A stretch of 64,000 nt of DNA from an uncultured Planctomycetaceae bacterium (GCA_963813715.1 CAWFAK010000005.1:1248001-1312000); one strand, 5' to 3'; numbered from the stretch's first letter, positions 12,257-23,059 are shown. Notes: generated by a model not told the origin, from the sequence alone. Numbers and translations: made by a program.

Positions 12257-15200
12257 GTGACGCCCAAAGGCCGCGACGCCAAGTCGCAAACCGATGGCAC
12301 GGAGCCCTCGTCGAAGGGCAACTGCCTCGAGACTCGAACTTACCCGTTTTCCGAAAGCGGAAACGCCGGTGACGTGAGGGGTGCAGCCCTCAAGATTCGC
12401 CGTTTCGAGATCCTGGACGAGATCGGCCGCGGCGGGCACGGCGTCGTTTTCCGAGCCAACGACCGGGTACTCCGCCGGCTGGTCGCCCTCAAGCTGCCGC
12501 GACCCGAGGTCCTTCGCTCCAAAGAGATGCGACGGCGGTTCGTCGCAGAAGCGCAGGTCGTCGCCGCGCTGGATCATCCGAACATCATCAAGGTGTACGA
12601 CGCCGGTTTTGAGTCGGCCGTCTGCTATATCGCGCAGGAACTGTGCAACGGTCCGTCGCTGGCGAAGTGGCTCATAGAGCAGCCGGCAAAAATCCCGGCC
12701 GATGTTGCCGCGTGGGTCCTGCTTGGCCTGGCCCGCGGACTCGAGCATGCCCATCGACAGAATGTGCTGCATCGCGACCTGAAGCCCGCCAATGTCCTCC
12801 TGAAACCGCATTTCGGAGATTCCCCCGACGAAGTCCTGGAAGGACTCAGCGATCCGGGAATGAGCGGCATCTTCAAGGTCTTCCCCTACACACCGAAGCT
12901 TGGCGACTTCGGGATCTGCAAGGCCTTCGACTTCGACACCGAAATGACGGGGACACGCACGGGACTCGTACTGGGGACCGCGTCGTACATGGCACCCGAG
13001 CAGGCCGTCGGCACGGCCTCGGAGCTGGGACCGCAATCGGACATCTATTCGCTCGGGGCGATTCTCTACGAGATGCTCACCGGGCAGCCGCCGTTTCGAG
13101 GGATGTCGTCGGCCGACGTGCTAAAGCAGGTTCTCGTCGATCCGCCGGTTTCGGTGCGCGCCACGCGTCGCGACGTGCCGGCCGAGCTCGACGCGATCTG
13201 TCTGAAGTGCCTGGAGAAGTTACCCACCGACCGTTACGCGACAGCGGCGGAGCTCGCTGACGACCTCCATCGCTTCTTGGCCGGCGAACCCGTGCGAGCG
13301 CCGCGCAAGAGTTTCTTGTACCGATTCGCTAGGACGATCGGGCTGCCGAAGCGATCGATCCGGCTGTCGTTTGCACTGTCGGGGTGGGTGCTCGTGTTGC
13401 TTATGCTCGGGCTTTACCTCCGCGCACCGAAAGGCACGCGCGACTGGGCGGATGCCTCAGTCGCCGATAGCGAGGCGGCCGTGATGGCCGACGTGCATAG
13501 CGCCTTCAATCTGTGGCACGAAAATGCCGAGCGGCTGCGCGACAACCCCAACGTGGGCGACGAGATGACGGCGCTGCTCGAGCGTCATAAGCCCAAGCCA
13601 GGCGACGTCGACCGACGGGGATTCGGCTGGCACTACGCCTGGCGGCTTTGCCATCCGGCAGAGTCGGTGGGCACGTTGAACCGGATCGCCACCTTCAAAG
13701 CCCACCCGAGCGACGTTTACTTTGTCGCTTTTTCTCGGGACGGCAGCCGCTTCGCTACAGCCGGGGGCGACGGAACGGCCCGTGTTTGGAACGCTAAGAC
13801 CCGAGAGCCGATCTGCGTTTGCACAGGACACAAAAGCGAAGTCAACTGGGTCGACTTCTCGCCCGACCAGCGCCTGCTTGCCACGGCAAGCGACGACCAT
13901 GACGTCAAGATCTGGGATGCCGCGACGGGAAAAGAGCTGTTCACGCTGCCCGGGCATCAGAGCGAGGTCGTCGCCGTCCGTTTCAGTCCTGTCGGGAATG
14001 TGATCGTTTCGGGCGACCATCAGGGTGTGCTCAAGCTTTGGGATCTCACAACCCGAAAGCTGATCAATTCGGTGCAGGCCCATGGCAAGCGGATTGAATC
14101 GCTGGCTTGGGGCATGAGCGGCCACATGCTGGCCTCCATCGGCAACGATCACGCCGTTCGCCTCTGGGAAATGCCTGGAATGTTCCGGCACTCGGAGAGC
14201 GAAACGACCGAAAGCCAGTGCGCGTCCTTCAGCCCCGTTGCCAACCTGCTCGCCTGCGGCGGCGGCGGGACGATCCGTATCGATGACGTGCACAGCGGCG
14301 GATGCTATGCGACGTTCTCCGATCACTTCGACCACATTGAATCGATCGCCTTCTCTCCCGATGGTCGGCAGCTGGCCTCCTGTGATGGACATGGCTTCCT
14401 GCGGCTGTGGGATGTCGCTAGCCGCCGCGGTTGGCAAGCCGCGCCGGTCCGTCAGCGCACCCTGCCGAACGGAGAAGTCGTCGGCGTCGGCCTGTGGTGT
14501 GTTGCCTATTCGCCCGATGGAACGCAGCTCGTCACGTCGGCCCGCGACGGGGTGGTCGATGTCTGGGATGCGTCGAATACTCCGCAATGGACCACGGTGA
14601 CACGTTGCGAGTCGGCCCAATCGGCCATTCCGCTCGCCTTCTCGCCGGACGGCAAGCAGCTCGCCGTCGCGCGGCGCTGCACGAAACACGTCGACGACCG
14701 CTTGCAAATTTGGGACGTCTCACTGGCGCAATCCAAGCTCGTGCGTGACTTCCCTGGCGTGACCGGACATGCGGCCTGTTTTTCCCGCAATGGGAAACAG
14801 CTCGTCGTTGGCATGCCCGGCAAAGTCGAGGTTTTCGATCCGCATACCGGCGAAAGCCGATTAAAGATCCCGCTGGCGGGAGAGACCGTCGCCTCGTTCG
14901 TCACGTTCGACGCCCATGGTTCGCTGGTCGTTTTGGAGAATGGCGCCAAAAACTCGGCGATCGACGTCTTCGATCCGGAGACCGGGACCAAGCTCCGCTC
15001 GATTACGGACCCGTATTTCGCCGCCAGCGGAGTGCACGAGTCGGGATTTTCAGTCTCCGCAGATGGAAATCTGTCGGCCGTGGCCGCCCGGGGTTCGCAG
15101 CTGACAGCGCTGTGCCAAATTTCGGCTGGCAGTTTGCTTCCCAATCGGCTCGGAGAACGAGGGGGAACCGGGGCGCTGCAATTCTCTCCCGTCGGAAACC

Positions 15201-15601
15201 TGCTGGCGATTGGCTCGTGCGGTGGAGTCGAGCTTTGGGATCCGCAAACGGGCAAAGAACAGGCATTTCTATCCGGGCTCGGTCGGGACGTCGGCCCCCT
15301 GGCCTTCTCCGCCGACGGTCGACTGCTGATCGTGGTTTCGCGGCAGCTGCGGGCGGTGCAACTGTGGGACGTCAAGGACCGCAATCCGCTCTTCACGCTG
15401 CCACTGCCGGCCGACGCGGCCGCCCACGCGGCGGATTGGCATCTGGCGGTTGCCCCCGATGGCAAACAAATCGCCTGCTCGCTGTGGAGTTCGGACGGCA
15501 CCGGGGGCATCTATCTGTTTTCGGGCACGCCGGCCGAACTCGCCGTGCGCGACGATTCATCAGTGGCCCTCGGCGAGCCGAATCCCGACGGTCGCGACTG
15601 A
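12257..15601 (+). CDS. Ser/Thr protein kinase with TM segment and WD40 repeats
   Basis: IGRGGHGVV, VALK, HRDLKPAN, DFG, GTASYMAPE; many FSPDG...LWD repeats. Confidence 0.95.
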   Translation: MTPKGRDAKSQTDGTEPSSKGNCLETRTYPFSESGNAGDVRGAALKIRRFEILDEIGRGGHGVVFRANDRVLRRLVALKLPRPEVLRSKEMRRRFVAEAQVVAALDHPNIIKVYDAGFESAVCYIAQELCNGPSLAKWLIEQPAKIPADVAAWVLLGLARGLEHAHRQNVLHRDLKPANVLLKPHFGDSPDEVLEGLSDPGMSGIFKVFPYTPKLGDFGICKAFDFDTEMTGTRTGLVLGTASYMAPEQAVGTASELGPQSDIYSLGAILYEMLTGQPPFRGMSSADVLKQVLVDPPVSVRATRRDVPAELDAICLKCLEKLPTDRYATAAELADDLHRFLAGEPVRAPRKSFLYRFARTIGLPKRSIRLSFALSGWVLVLLMLGLYLRAPKGTRDWADASVADSEAAVMADVHSAFNLWHENAERLRDNPNVGDEMTALLERHKPKPGDVDRRGFGWHYAWRLCHPAESVGTLNRIATFKAHPSDVYFVAFSRDGSRFATAGGDGTARVWNAKTREPICVCTGHKSEVNWVDFSPDQRLLATASDDHDVKIWDAATGKELFTLPGHQSEVVAVRFSPVGNVIVSGDHQGVLKLWDLTTRKLINSVQAHGKRIESLAWGMSGHMLASIGNDHAVRLWEMPGMFRHSESETTESQCASFSPVANLLACGGGGTIRIDDVHSGGCYATFSDHFDHIESIAFSPDGRQLASCDGHGFLRLWDVASRRGWQAAPVRQRTLPNGEVVGVGLWCVAYSPDGTQLVTSARDGVVDVWDASNTPQWTTVTRCESAQSAIPLAFSPDGKQLAVARRCTKHVDDRLQIWDVSLAQSKLVRDFPGVTGHAACFSRNGKQLVVGMPGKVEVFDPHTGESRLKIPLAGETVASFVTFDAHGSLVVLENGAKNSAIDVFDPETGTKLRSITDPYFAASGVHESGFSVSADGNLSAVAARGSQLTALCQISAGSLLPNRLGERGGTGALQFSPVGNLLAIGSCGGVELWDPQTGKEQAFLSGLGRDVGPLAFSADGRLLIVVSRQLRAVQLWDVKDRNPLFTLPLPADAAAHAADWHLAVAPDGKQIACSLWSSDGTGGIYLFSGTPAELAVRDDSSVALGEPNPDGRD

Positions 15602-15661
15602 CGCGGCGAAAGCGATCCCGCACGCCAAAGGCGCTGCGAAGAAGCGCACCAGAAGTCGCGG

Positions 15662-16003
15662 TCAATAGCGCGGGAGCGTCGAATCGACTTCTTGCGACCA
15701 GCGATCGATGCCGCCGGCGAGGCTGCGCACATGCGGAAAACCGCGGCCGCGCAGCCAATTGGCAACTTGGCGGCTGCGGACGCCGTGATGGCAATAAACG
15801 ACGATTTCGGCATCCCGCACTTCGTCGAGCTCGCCCACTCGCAGCATCAGCTCGCTCATCGGCAACAAGCGGGACGCCGCCAACCGCACAAATTCATGTT
15901 CGTCGGGTTCGCGGCAGTCGAGCAAAACCAGCGGCTCACCGGCCTCCAGCCGCGCGTTGACTGTGCGACAATCGATTTCGAGCGACCCAGTTGGTTCGTT
16001 CAT
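15662..16003 (-). CDS. Rhodanese-like domain protein
   Basis: LLDCREPDE, VVYCHHGVRS, SLAGGIDRW. Confidence 0.9.
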   Translation of the reverse strand: MNEPTGSLEIDCRTVNARLEAGEPLVLLDCREPDEHEFVRLAASRLLPMSELMLRVGELDEVRDAEIVVYCHHGVRSRQVANWLRGRGFPHVRSLAGGIDRWSQEVDSTLPRY

Positions 16004-16151
16004 CCGGCGCTGGCTCCCTTCCCGAAAGGGGATTCGGGGAGTCATTATACAGTTCCCGAGGGACGATGCCGGTCGCGATCAACGGGGGTGCGCCTCACGG
16101 CGGAGGTGCGATCGGCCTGATCGAGTGGAACTCGAGCGAAGATCCGCGCCA

Positions 16152-18233
16152 ATGACGGTTACCCACGAACCCGATCCCATTCTGGCCGAACTGAATGAGC
16201 AGCAGCGGGCCGCCGCCGGTCATGCGGACGGGCCCTTGTTGATTATCGCCGGAGCAGGCACGGGTAAAACGGCCACGTTGGCCCATCGCGTGGCGTGGCT
16301 CGTCTCTCGCGGCACGGATCCGGGCCGCATCCTGCTGTTGACGTTCACCCGCCGAGCGGCGGCAGAAATGCTTCGCCGCGTCGATCACATCATCGAGCGA
16401 GCGGGTCGAAAACCGGGAAGCAACAACGCCGGCCCGGTCGCCCGTCGGATTTGGGGCGGCACCTTCCATGCGGTCGCCACGCGGCTCCTACGGCTTCACG
16501 CTGACGCTGTCGGACTGCCCCGCGCCTTCACGATTCTCGACCGGAGCGATTCCGAGGATCTGATGCAGGAGGAACGCGCAGCACGGGATTTGGGCGACTC
16601 GAAGACGCGGTTTCCGCTTAAGGGAACGTGCCTCGACATCTACAGCCGGTGCGTCAACTGTCAAAAGCCGCTCGTCGATGTGCTCGATACGGCGTTCCCC
16701 TGGTGCCGGATGCACTTGGACGCCTTGAAGGGCCTCTTTCACGCGTATGTCGACCGCAAAGAGACGCTCGCCGTCCTCGACTACGACGATCTGCTGCTCT
16801 ACTGGCACGCCCTGTGTAGCAAGCCCGAGACGGCAGCGCTCATTCGCTCGCGGTTCGACGCCGTCCTGGTCGACGAGTACCAGGACACCAACGCCCTGCA
16901 GGCCGAGATCTTAAGTGGCCTCACCCCCAGCGGGCAGGGACTTACCGTTGTCGGCGACGATGCCCAGTCAATTTATTCGTTCCGCGCCGCCACCGTGCGG
17001 AACATTCTGGACTTTCCGGCCCAGTTTCCCGGCACGACGGTGCTCGCGCTCGAGCGGAATTACCGCAGCACTCAGCCGATCCTCGATGCCACGAACGCCG
17101 TGATGGCCCAGGCGCAGGAGGGCTTTCGCAAGAACCTCTGGACCGATCGCAAGGACGGCTTACTGCCGGAGCTGGTCCACTGCCAGGACGAGGCGGAGCA
17201 GACGCAGTTCGTCGTGGCAGAGGTGCTACGCGCGCGGGAAACCGGCACGCCCCTCAAAGGACAGGCGATTTTGTTCCGCGCGGGCCATCACAGCCTCGAC
17301 CTCGAACTGGAGCTGGCGCGGCGGAATATCCCGTTTCAAAAATACGGCGGCCTGCGGTTTATCGAAACGGCCCATGTGAAGGATCTGCTGGCTTTTCTGC
17401 GACTGGCCGAGAACCCGCGCGACACGCTGGCCGGCGCCCGCATGTTGCAGCTGGTTCCCGGAATCGGGCCGAAGAAGGCGGCCCAACTCATGGCGAAGCT
17501 TGTCGACGCGCGGGGCGACTTCCGCGTGTGGAAAGACTTTGCGCCGCCGACGCAAGCGGGCGACACCTGGCCCGCGCTCGTCGAGATGATGATCGGCCTG
17601 GCCGCACCAGAGGCGCAGAGCCAATCGCTGGGCAGCCAGGTGCATCGGGTGCGCACACTCTACGCGCCGCTGTTGGAGCAGCGGATGGATCACGCGCAGG
17701 CGCGATTACGCGACCTCGAGCAACTCGAGATCGTGGCTGGACGTTTTTCCGATCGCTCGGATTTTCTCGCGGACATCACCCTCGACCCGCCCGCTTCGAC
17801 GCAAGAACTCGCCGCCGACCCGCTGCTCGACGAGGACTATGTCATCCTGAGCACGATCCATTCGGCCAAGGGGCTCGAATGGGACTCGGTTTACGTGATT
17901 CATGCGGCGGACGGCAACATCCCCTCCGACATGGCCACCACGTCGCCCGAAGAGATCGAAGAAGAGCGACGGCTCTTTTACGTCGCCCTCACCCGAGCTC
18001 GCAATCGCCTCTTCGTCTGTTACCCGCAGCGCTACTACTTCGCGAACCGTCGTCGCGGCGACGAGTACGGATTCGCGCAACGCACGCGGTTTCTGCCCGA
18101 CGAGGTGGCGGCTCTCTTTCAGGACCGCCTGGCGATCGAACACGACCCGCTCGTGCAGAAGATCGTCGAGGCGGCCTCAGCCCGCTTATCCTCCGCCGAA
18201 GTGCGTGAGCGTCTGAAGCAAGTGTTCGGCTAG
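16152..18233 (+). CDS. UvrD/Rep/PcrA-family ATP-dependent helicase
   Basis: AGAGTGKT, LTFTRRAA, VDEYQD, VGDDAQSIY, NYRS, STIHSAKGLEW, EERRLFYVALTRA. Confidence 0.95.
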   Translation: MTVTHEPDPILAELNEQQRAAAGHADGPLLIIAGAGTGKTATLAHRVAWLVSRGTDPGRILLLTFTRRAAAEMLRRVDHIIERAGRKPGSNNAGPVARRIWGGTFHAVATRLLRLHADAVGLPRAFTILDRSDSEDLMQEERAARDLGDSKTRFPLKGTCLDIYSRCVNCQKPLVDVLDTAFPWCRMHLDALKGLFHAYVDRKETLAVLDYDDLLLYWHALCSKPETAALIRSRFDAVLVDEYQDTNALQAEILSGLTPSGQGLTVVGDDAQSIYSFRAATVRNILDFPAQFPGTTVLALERNYRSTQPILDATNAVMAQAQEGFRKNLWTDRKDGLLPELVHCQDEAEQTQFVVAEVLRARETGTPLKGQAILFRAGHHSLDLELELARRNIPFQKYGGLRFIETAHVKDLLAFLRLAENPRDTLAGARMLQLVPGIGPKKAAQLMAKLVDARGDFRVWKDFAPPTQAGDTWPALVEMMIGLAAPEAQSQSLGSQVHRVRTLYAPLLEQRMDHAQARLRDLEQLEIVAGRFSDRSDFLADITLDPPASTQELAADPLLDEDYVILSTIHSAKGLEWDSVYVIHAADGNIPSDMATTSPEEIEEERRLFYVALTRARNRLFVCYPQRYYFANRRRGDEYGFAQRTRFLPDEVAALFQDRLAIEHDPLVQKIVEAASARLSSAEVRERLKQVFG

Positions 18234-18343
18234 CCGGCGTCCGCCTGAGCCGAGCAATTTCTTTATCGCTCTTTTTTTCAAAAGCGCCCCTCACACGTTT
18301 GCGATGGGGGGACGGTCCGGATATGCTGGCCCGTGTCCAATTT

Positions 18344-18401
18344 GTGGGTTTTAAGCCCAAACTGATCTTTGACAACTAGTTGAATGTGGGATTCGATCCC
18401 A
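18344..18401. promoter_or_regulatory. Two TGGG-N7-CCCA palindromes upstream of mraZ
   Basis: TGGGTTTTAAGCCCA 18345-18359 and TGGGATTCGATCCCA 18387-18401, both preceded by TG. Confidence 0.5.
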
Positions 18402-18511
18402 TTAGGATGAATGTTGCGAAGAGCAGTCAGGAGGCTCAGCCGCAATTCTGCCGTTTGCCCGGGGCAGCAAGCGTAATCCGGGCGCGGCCCTGTTTTGCCT
18501 GAGATCTCTCG

Positions 18512-18994
18512 ATGGCCGAGTCTGCTTTCATCACCGGCGAGCATAAACGAACGCTCGATGAACGCAGCCGCCTGTCGCTGCCAAACGATTTCGCGTCCGC
18601 TGTCGCCGATGCCGAGGGCTGGTGCATCCTGGCCAAGGAACGGGCTGGCTGCTTAAGCCTCTGGCGCGGCACCGACTGGCAGACGCGACTCGACGACGGC
18701 GTCGAACTGATCCGCAAAAAGATCGATGCGGGCCGCATGGAAGAGCGTTGGACCGAGGTTCAACGTTTTGGCCGGCTGCTGTCGACGCGGCACACGCGGG
18801 TGCGGCTGGCGAATCGCTCGCGACTGCTCTTACCCGAACCGTTCCGAGAATTTCTTGGCGTGGCCGCGAACCAGGACGTGATGCTGGTGGGCGCGGTGAT
18901 CTGTGTCGAGATCTGGAACCCGGCCGCATGGCTGGACGTGCTGCGACAAGAGATGCCGGAATTCGGCCAGCTGTTTCGCACGCTGTCGCAGTAA
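18512..18994 (+). CDS. mraZ: MraZ-family transcriptional regulator
   Basis: [16 protein letters not shown], second repeat [22 protein letters not shown]. Confidence 0.88.
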   Translation: MAESAFITGEHKRTLDERSRLSLPNDFASAVADAEGWCILAKERAGCLSLWRGTDWQTRLDDGVELIRKKIDAGRMEERWTEVQRFGRLLSTRHTRVRLANRSRLLLPEPFREFLGVAANQDVMLVGAVICVEIWNPAAWLDVLRQEMPEFGQLFRTLSQ

Positions 18995-19105
18995 ATCGGC
19001 CGGCTTGGCCAGCTCAATCGGCGTCAAGCGGCCTCAGCTCTTTCTCAGCGCGCTCTGCAGCCAACTGGAACAGGTTCTGCCTCATACATTTGAGAAATCA
19101 CTGGA

Positions 19106-19265
19106 TCGAAGCACACATGCCCGACCGGGATTCCCAAGCGAAGAAGCGAACACTCACTCACCCCAAAAACGCTCCGTGAATTTTACGACAAGCGTTCAGG
19201 CACCAAGGATGGCTTGTTCGGCACGGATGCCGCTTCTTCCACCGGTCGGGCATGTTGCTTTTCGA
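19106..19265. ncRNA. Candidate structured RNA / long hairpin element
   Basis: Nested stems: 19115-19128/19242-19255 (14 bp perfect), 19140-19148/19231-19239, 19168-19173/19191-19196. Confidence 0.4.
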
Positions 19266-19390
19266 AGGGCGCGAAACGCAGGCGGAGAGATTTCTCTGCA
19301 CGCTCTCCCGGCATCCCGCTTTGGGCGCGCACTCACATTGCCCTGCGGCAAGCGCATCTTTAAGTTGCTGCGATCCCGCTTACCGCCCGC

Positions 19391-20632
19391 TTAGCTGCTG
19401 AAGGCAGTCAGCACGCGGTGGATTTCCTCGATGGTGGTGACCTTTTCGAGGACTTTTTTCTTGGCGGAGGACTCGAGGGTTTGCATTCCCTTCCCCCTGG
19501 CCAGATCGAGCAGCTGCGCGTGGGAGCGGCCTTTGAGCACCGCGTCACGCAGCGCGTCGTCCATTGTCATCACCTCGAAGACGCCCGTGCGGCCCATGTA
19601 GCCGGTGTGGAAGCACTGCTCGCAACCGGCACCTCGCAGGATTTCGGTCTTGGCCGCCTGCTCGCTGTCGAGCCCCAGGAACTCGGCTTCGGCTGCGTCG
19701 GGACGCTGGGACTGGCGACAGCGCGGGCAGGCCTTACGGACGAGTCGCTGCGAAATGATGCCGACGAGGCTGTCGGCAATGAACATCGGCGGGACGCCGA
19801 ACTCGCGGAATACGTCAATCGTCGACGCGGTATCGTTGGCGTGCAGCGTGCTCAGCACGGTCACACCGGTCAAGCCGGCCCGGCAGGCGATATGGGCTGT
19901 TTCCGGGTCGCGGATTTCGCCGACCATCATCACGTTGGGGTCCTGCCGCAAAACGCCGCGGAGCGCCTCGACGAACCCGAACTCGATCCGCGAATCGACC
20001 TGAATCTGGTTGACGCCGTCGACCCGCCGCTCGACCGGATCTTCGATGGTGCACAGGCTCTTGGCCTTGTCGTTGAGGGCGTCGAGGCAGGCATACATCG
20101 TCGTGCTCTTGCCGGAGCCCACGGGGCCGACGCTTAGAATCATCCCGTAGGGTGCAGAGACGGCCTTCTTCAGCTGGACGATCTGCGCCTCATCGAAGCC
20201 GAGATCCTCGATGCGGGTGAGCTGGGTCGCGTCGGGCATCAGCCGCAGGACGAGCCGTTCTCCGTGAATCGTCGGTCCGCTCCCAACGCGGATGTCCCGC
20301 TGCTGTTTGAGAACGGCGTTGGCAATGTGTCCGTCCTGAGCGAGGCGCCGCTCCGTGATATCCATGTTGGCCATCAGCTTGACGCGGGAGATCACGTGCG
20401 AGGTCATCTCCGTGGGCAGCTTGGCGACGTCGTGCAGCAGACCGTCGACCCGCAGGCGGACGCGGAGGCCCGTCTCGCTCGGATCGAGGTGAATGTCCGT
20501 TGCCTGCAGTTGGAAGGCTCGCTCCAAGAGCAAATCGACGAGCGGCCCGGGGCCGACAACGTCGACGAGTTCTCTCAGCTCCTCTTGCAACGCCTTCTGA
20601 CGGATTCCCGATTTCTCGGTCGTGGCACTCAT
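19391..20632 (-). CDS. GspE/PilB-family secretion ATPase (short form)
   Basis: [55 protein letters not shown]. Confidence 0.92.
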   Translation of the reverse strand: MSATTEKSGIRQKALQEELRELVDVVGPGPLVDLLLERAFQLQATDIHLDPSETGLRVRLRVDGLLHDVAKLPTEMTSHVISRVKLMANMDITERRLAQDGHIANAVLKQQRDIRVGSGPTIHGERLVLRLMPDATQLTRIEDLGFDEAQIVQLKKAVSAPYGMILSVGPVGSGKSTTMYACLDALNDKAKSLCTIEDPVERRVDGVNQIQVDSRIEFGFVEALRGVLRQDPNVMMVGEIRDPETAHIACRAGLTGVTVLSTLHANDTASTIDVFREFGVPPMFIADSLVGIISQRLVRKACPRCRQSQRPDAAEAEFLGLDSEQAAKTEILRGAGCEQCFHTGYMGRTGVFEVMTMDDALRDAVLKGRSHAQLLDLARGKGMQTLESSAKKKVLEKVTTIEEIHRVLTAFSS

Positions 20633-20772
20633 GGGATTCCTTTCACGGTCTCTTGGTGTGACGCGTCTAGATTGTAGTCGAGGAGAAAACCGGCGTCGTG
20701 CCGGCGAGTCGTCAAGCGGAACGCCCGCGTTTCCGATAGATCAGACTGAGTGAGAATCTCCAAAGGCCGTGA

Positions 20773-21645
20773 TCAGTTGGATCTGCCGTAGCCCCCCCGC
20801 AGACCGGGTTTGGCCGCCGGCGAATTGGTTGGTGGCGTTGTCGCAGCGGCCGGGTTGGCGGCCGGTGCGGAGACAGGCGTGGTCGCTACAGGAGTCGCGG
20901 CAGTCGCTGGGGCGTCAGTCTTCGGCGCAGACGCCTCGGTCGGGGCGCTGCGAGAGTTGGCTCCGGCGGCTGGCGCCTTTGCCGCCGCTTCTTGAGGAGC
21001 CATCACAATTCCGCCCAGGACCGCCAAAACGCAGATCGCCAAAAAGGCGATCCCCAAGTTGCGGCGATTCCCGGCCTGATTCAACAAAAACATCCCGGCT
21101 CCCAAGCCGAGAAACGCAAACGCAATTTCGATGAACATTGCGTACCGCGGAGCCAGCGGCGGATTGGGCGAAAACTGCAGGGCCAGGCCGACCAGCGTTC
21201 CGACCGTGCCGATCACGCCCGCGGCGACCAATCCCATGCCACCGGTGGCAAGGCCGCCGCCGGTCGACGGAGCGGTCGCCTTGATTCCCAGCGTTGCATA
21301 CGCCTCCTGCCGCGTGCCGACGATCGTCCACAACTTGGTCAGGCCGGCCAGCTTCAACACTTCGAACACCAGTTCGTGCTGGTTGACCACGACCATCTTG
21401 CCGCCGCGGCTGTTGACCGTCTTGTAGAGCCGCACGATGAGCGCCACCATCGCGCTGCCCATATAGCTGAGCGGCGTCAGGTCGACAAGCACTTTGGGAG
21501 ACGGCGCCCCGCTGATGCGCTCCACGATTTCACTGCCAACGCGCTCGATGTCGGCCCACTGCTTGTCGTTGAGTTCCGGGAGCAGCGTGACCGTGAGGCA
21601 GCCATTGACGGTCTCGAACCGGTAATATGTCTCGCCAGTGCTCAC
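20773..21645 (-). CDS. STAS-domain protein with 3 TM helices and Ala/Pro/Thr-rich tail
   Basis: VLVDLTPLSYMGSAMVALIV, VFEVLKLAGL; GTG start. Confidence 0.8.
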   Translation of the reverse strand: MSTGETYYRFETVNGCLTVTLLPELNDKQWADIERVGSEIVERISGAPSPKVLVDLTPLSYMGSAMVALIVRLYKTVNSRGGKMVVVNQHELVFEVLKLAGLTKLWTIVGTRQEAYATLGIKATAPSTGGGLATGGMGLVAAGVIGTVGTLVGLALQFSPNPPLAPRYAMFIEIAFAFLGLGAGMFLLNQAGNRRNLGIAFLAICVLAVLGGIVMAPQEAAAKAPAAGANSRSAPTEASAPKTDAPATAATPVATTPVSAPAANPAAATTPPTNSPAAKPGLRGGYGRSN

Positions 21646-22019
21646 GGCTGCATCTCCACGTATGAGTAAATCGACGGACTATTGCGCGATACGGCCCGTG
21701 CGCCGGAAGGCCATCGTCTCGGGGCGGCCACGAGAGGGAAGAACGGGTGAAGAGCGGAATTAAGTCGAAAATCGGTCTCTATAATGTAGGGAACTCTCCC
21801 ACGAAGCAACTGTGCACTCTGCAAAATCGCTAAAACCGCTTCGCGCTCCCCTGAACGCACGATTCCGGCCGAAAAATGCCCTGAAAACGGGTCCAGGACG
21901 CGACTCACGGAATGCGGCTCACACGGCCTCCCGGCGGCGGTCTGCACCCCAAACTTTTCGGGGCAATTGTCACGATCGATTGATGATTGGGACGAGTCAC
22001 CTCTCGGCGCGCATTTTGT

Positions 22020-22049
22020 TTGACACCCTGTTTTTGCGCCGCCTATAAT
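22020..22049 (+). promoter_or_regulatory. Consensus sigma70 promoter
   Basis: TTGACA 22020-22025, 18-nt spacer, TATAAT 22044-22049. Confidence 0.8.
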
Positions 22050-22310
22050 CGACCTATCCCCCGAAATCTCGCAGGTTCCCCAAAACATTCACCAATTCCA
22101 AATCGATCGGGCCGCGCACCAAATCGAACGGACTGAGATCCGACCGCACGAGCACTCATCTTTCGGACGTCGCAGGCGGCGACAACAACGGCTCAGGAGG
22201 GCGTCACCGAAGCGTCTCGTGCGGAATGATTGGTCGAGTGAACGAGACGTTGGTCGAGGGGCGTCAGGTTTAGGCGGACTCTTAACTCCGGGCCGGAAAC
22301 AGCAGCGCTC

Positions 22311-22973
22311 ATGACAAAGGTCGCCAAGTGTCTCGTGGTCTTCGTCGTCGGCGCCTCATTCGCCTTTCTGGGCTTTGCCTGGGTGTCGATGATGGGCGGG
22401 CCCAACTGGGCCGCTGAAGCCGCGGCTTTGCCCGGCTACGAATTCATCAAAGGTGATGATGGTCGCTGGAAGGTAACCGATCGGGCTTCAGGCCAGGCGG
22501 TCAACGTCTCGGCCTCGCCCACGGTGTTCGCCTCCGCCATCCTGGCCGCCCGCAAGGACCTGTCCGACAAGCAGGAGGCTGAGGCCAAGAACCTCGCGAC
22601 GCCAACTGCCAACTACAAGAAGAAACTTGACGAAGCCAAGAAGTTCAACGAGATCGACGTTAAGGCCATGGAAGCGCGCGTGCAGCAATTGGACACCCAG
22701 CTTCAAGATCTCAACGCCAAAATCCTGCAGCTTTCCGGCGACGTCGTTAAACGCTCGCAGGAGGCGCAGTTGATTCGTAGTGAGGCGACGAAGCGTCGCG
22801 AAGACGTCTTTCGCCTGACACGGGAACTTTCCGAGATTCGCACCGATCACGCGCGATCGGAAGAACTGGAACGCAAGCTCCGCGATCAACTCGTGCGTCT
22901 CGACGGCGTGATCGCCAGCCTCGAAAGCCGCAACAAGCAACTCCACGACGCCCTCGACCACGCGTCGCGCTGA
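22311..22973 (+). CDS. Membrane-anchored coiled-coil hypothetical protein
   Basis: N-terminal hydrophobic helix followed by heptad-like L/E/K/Q/R-rich region. Confidence 0.85.
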   Translation: MTKVAKCLVVFVVGASFAFLGFAWVSMMGGPNWAAEAAALPGYEFIKGDDGRWKVTDRASGQAVNVSASPTVFASAILAARKDLSDKQEAEAKNLATPTANYKKKLDEAKKFNEIDVKAMEARVQQLDTQLQDLNAKILQLSGDVVKRSQEAQLIRSEATKRREDVFRLTRELSEIRTDHARSEELERKLRDQLVRLDGVIASLESRNKQLHDALDHASR

Positions 22974-23059
22974 GTTTCCAAGTGCCCCGGCGGGGCACCG
23001 AATCGAAGTCCCTCACGATCCTTGATATCCGCAAATTGAGCTCGAGTTAGGAGTAGGTA

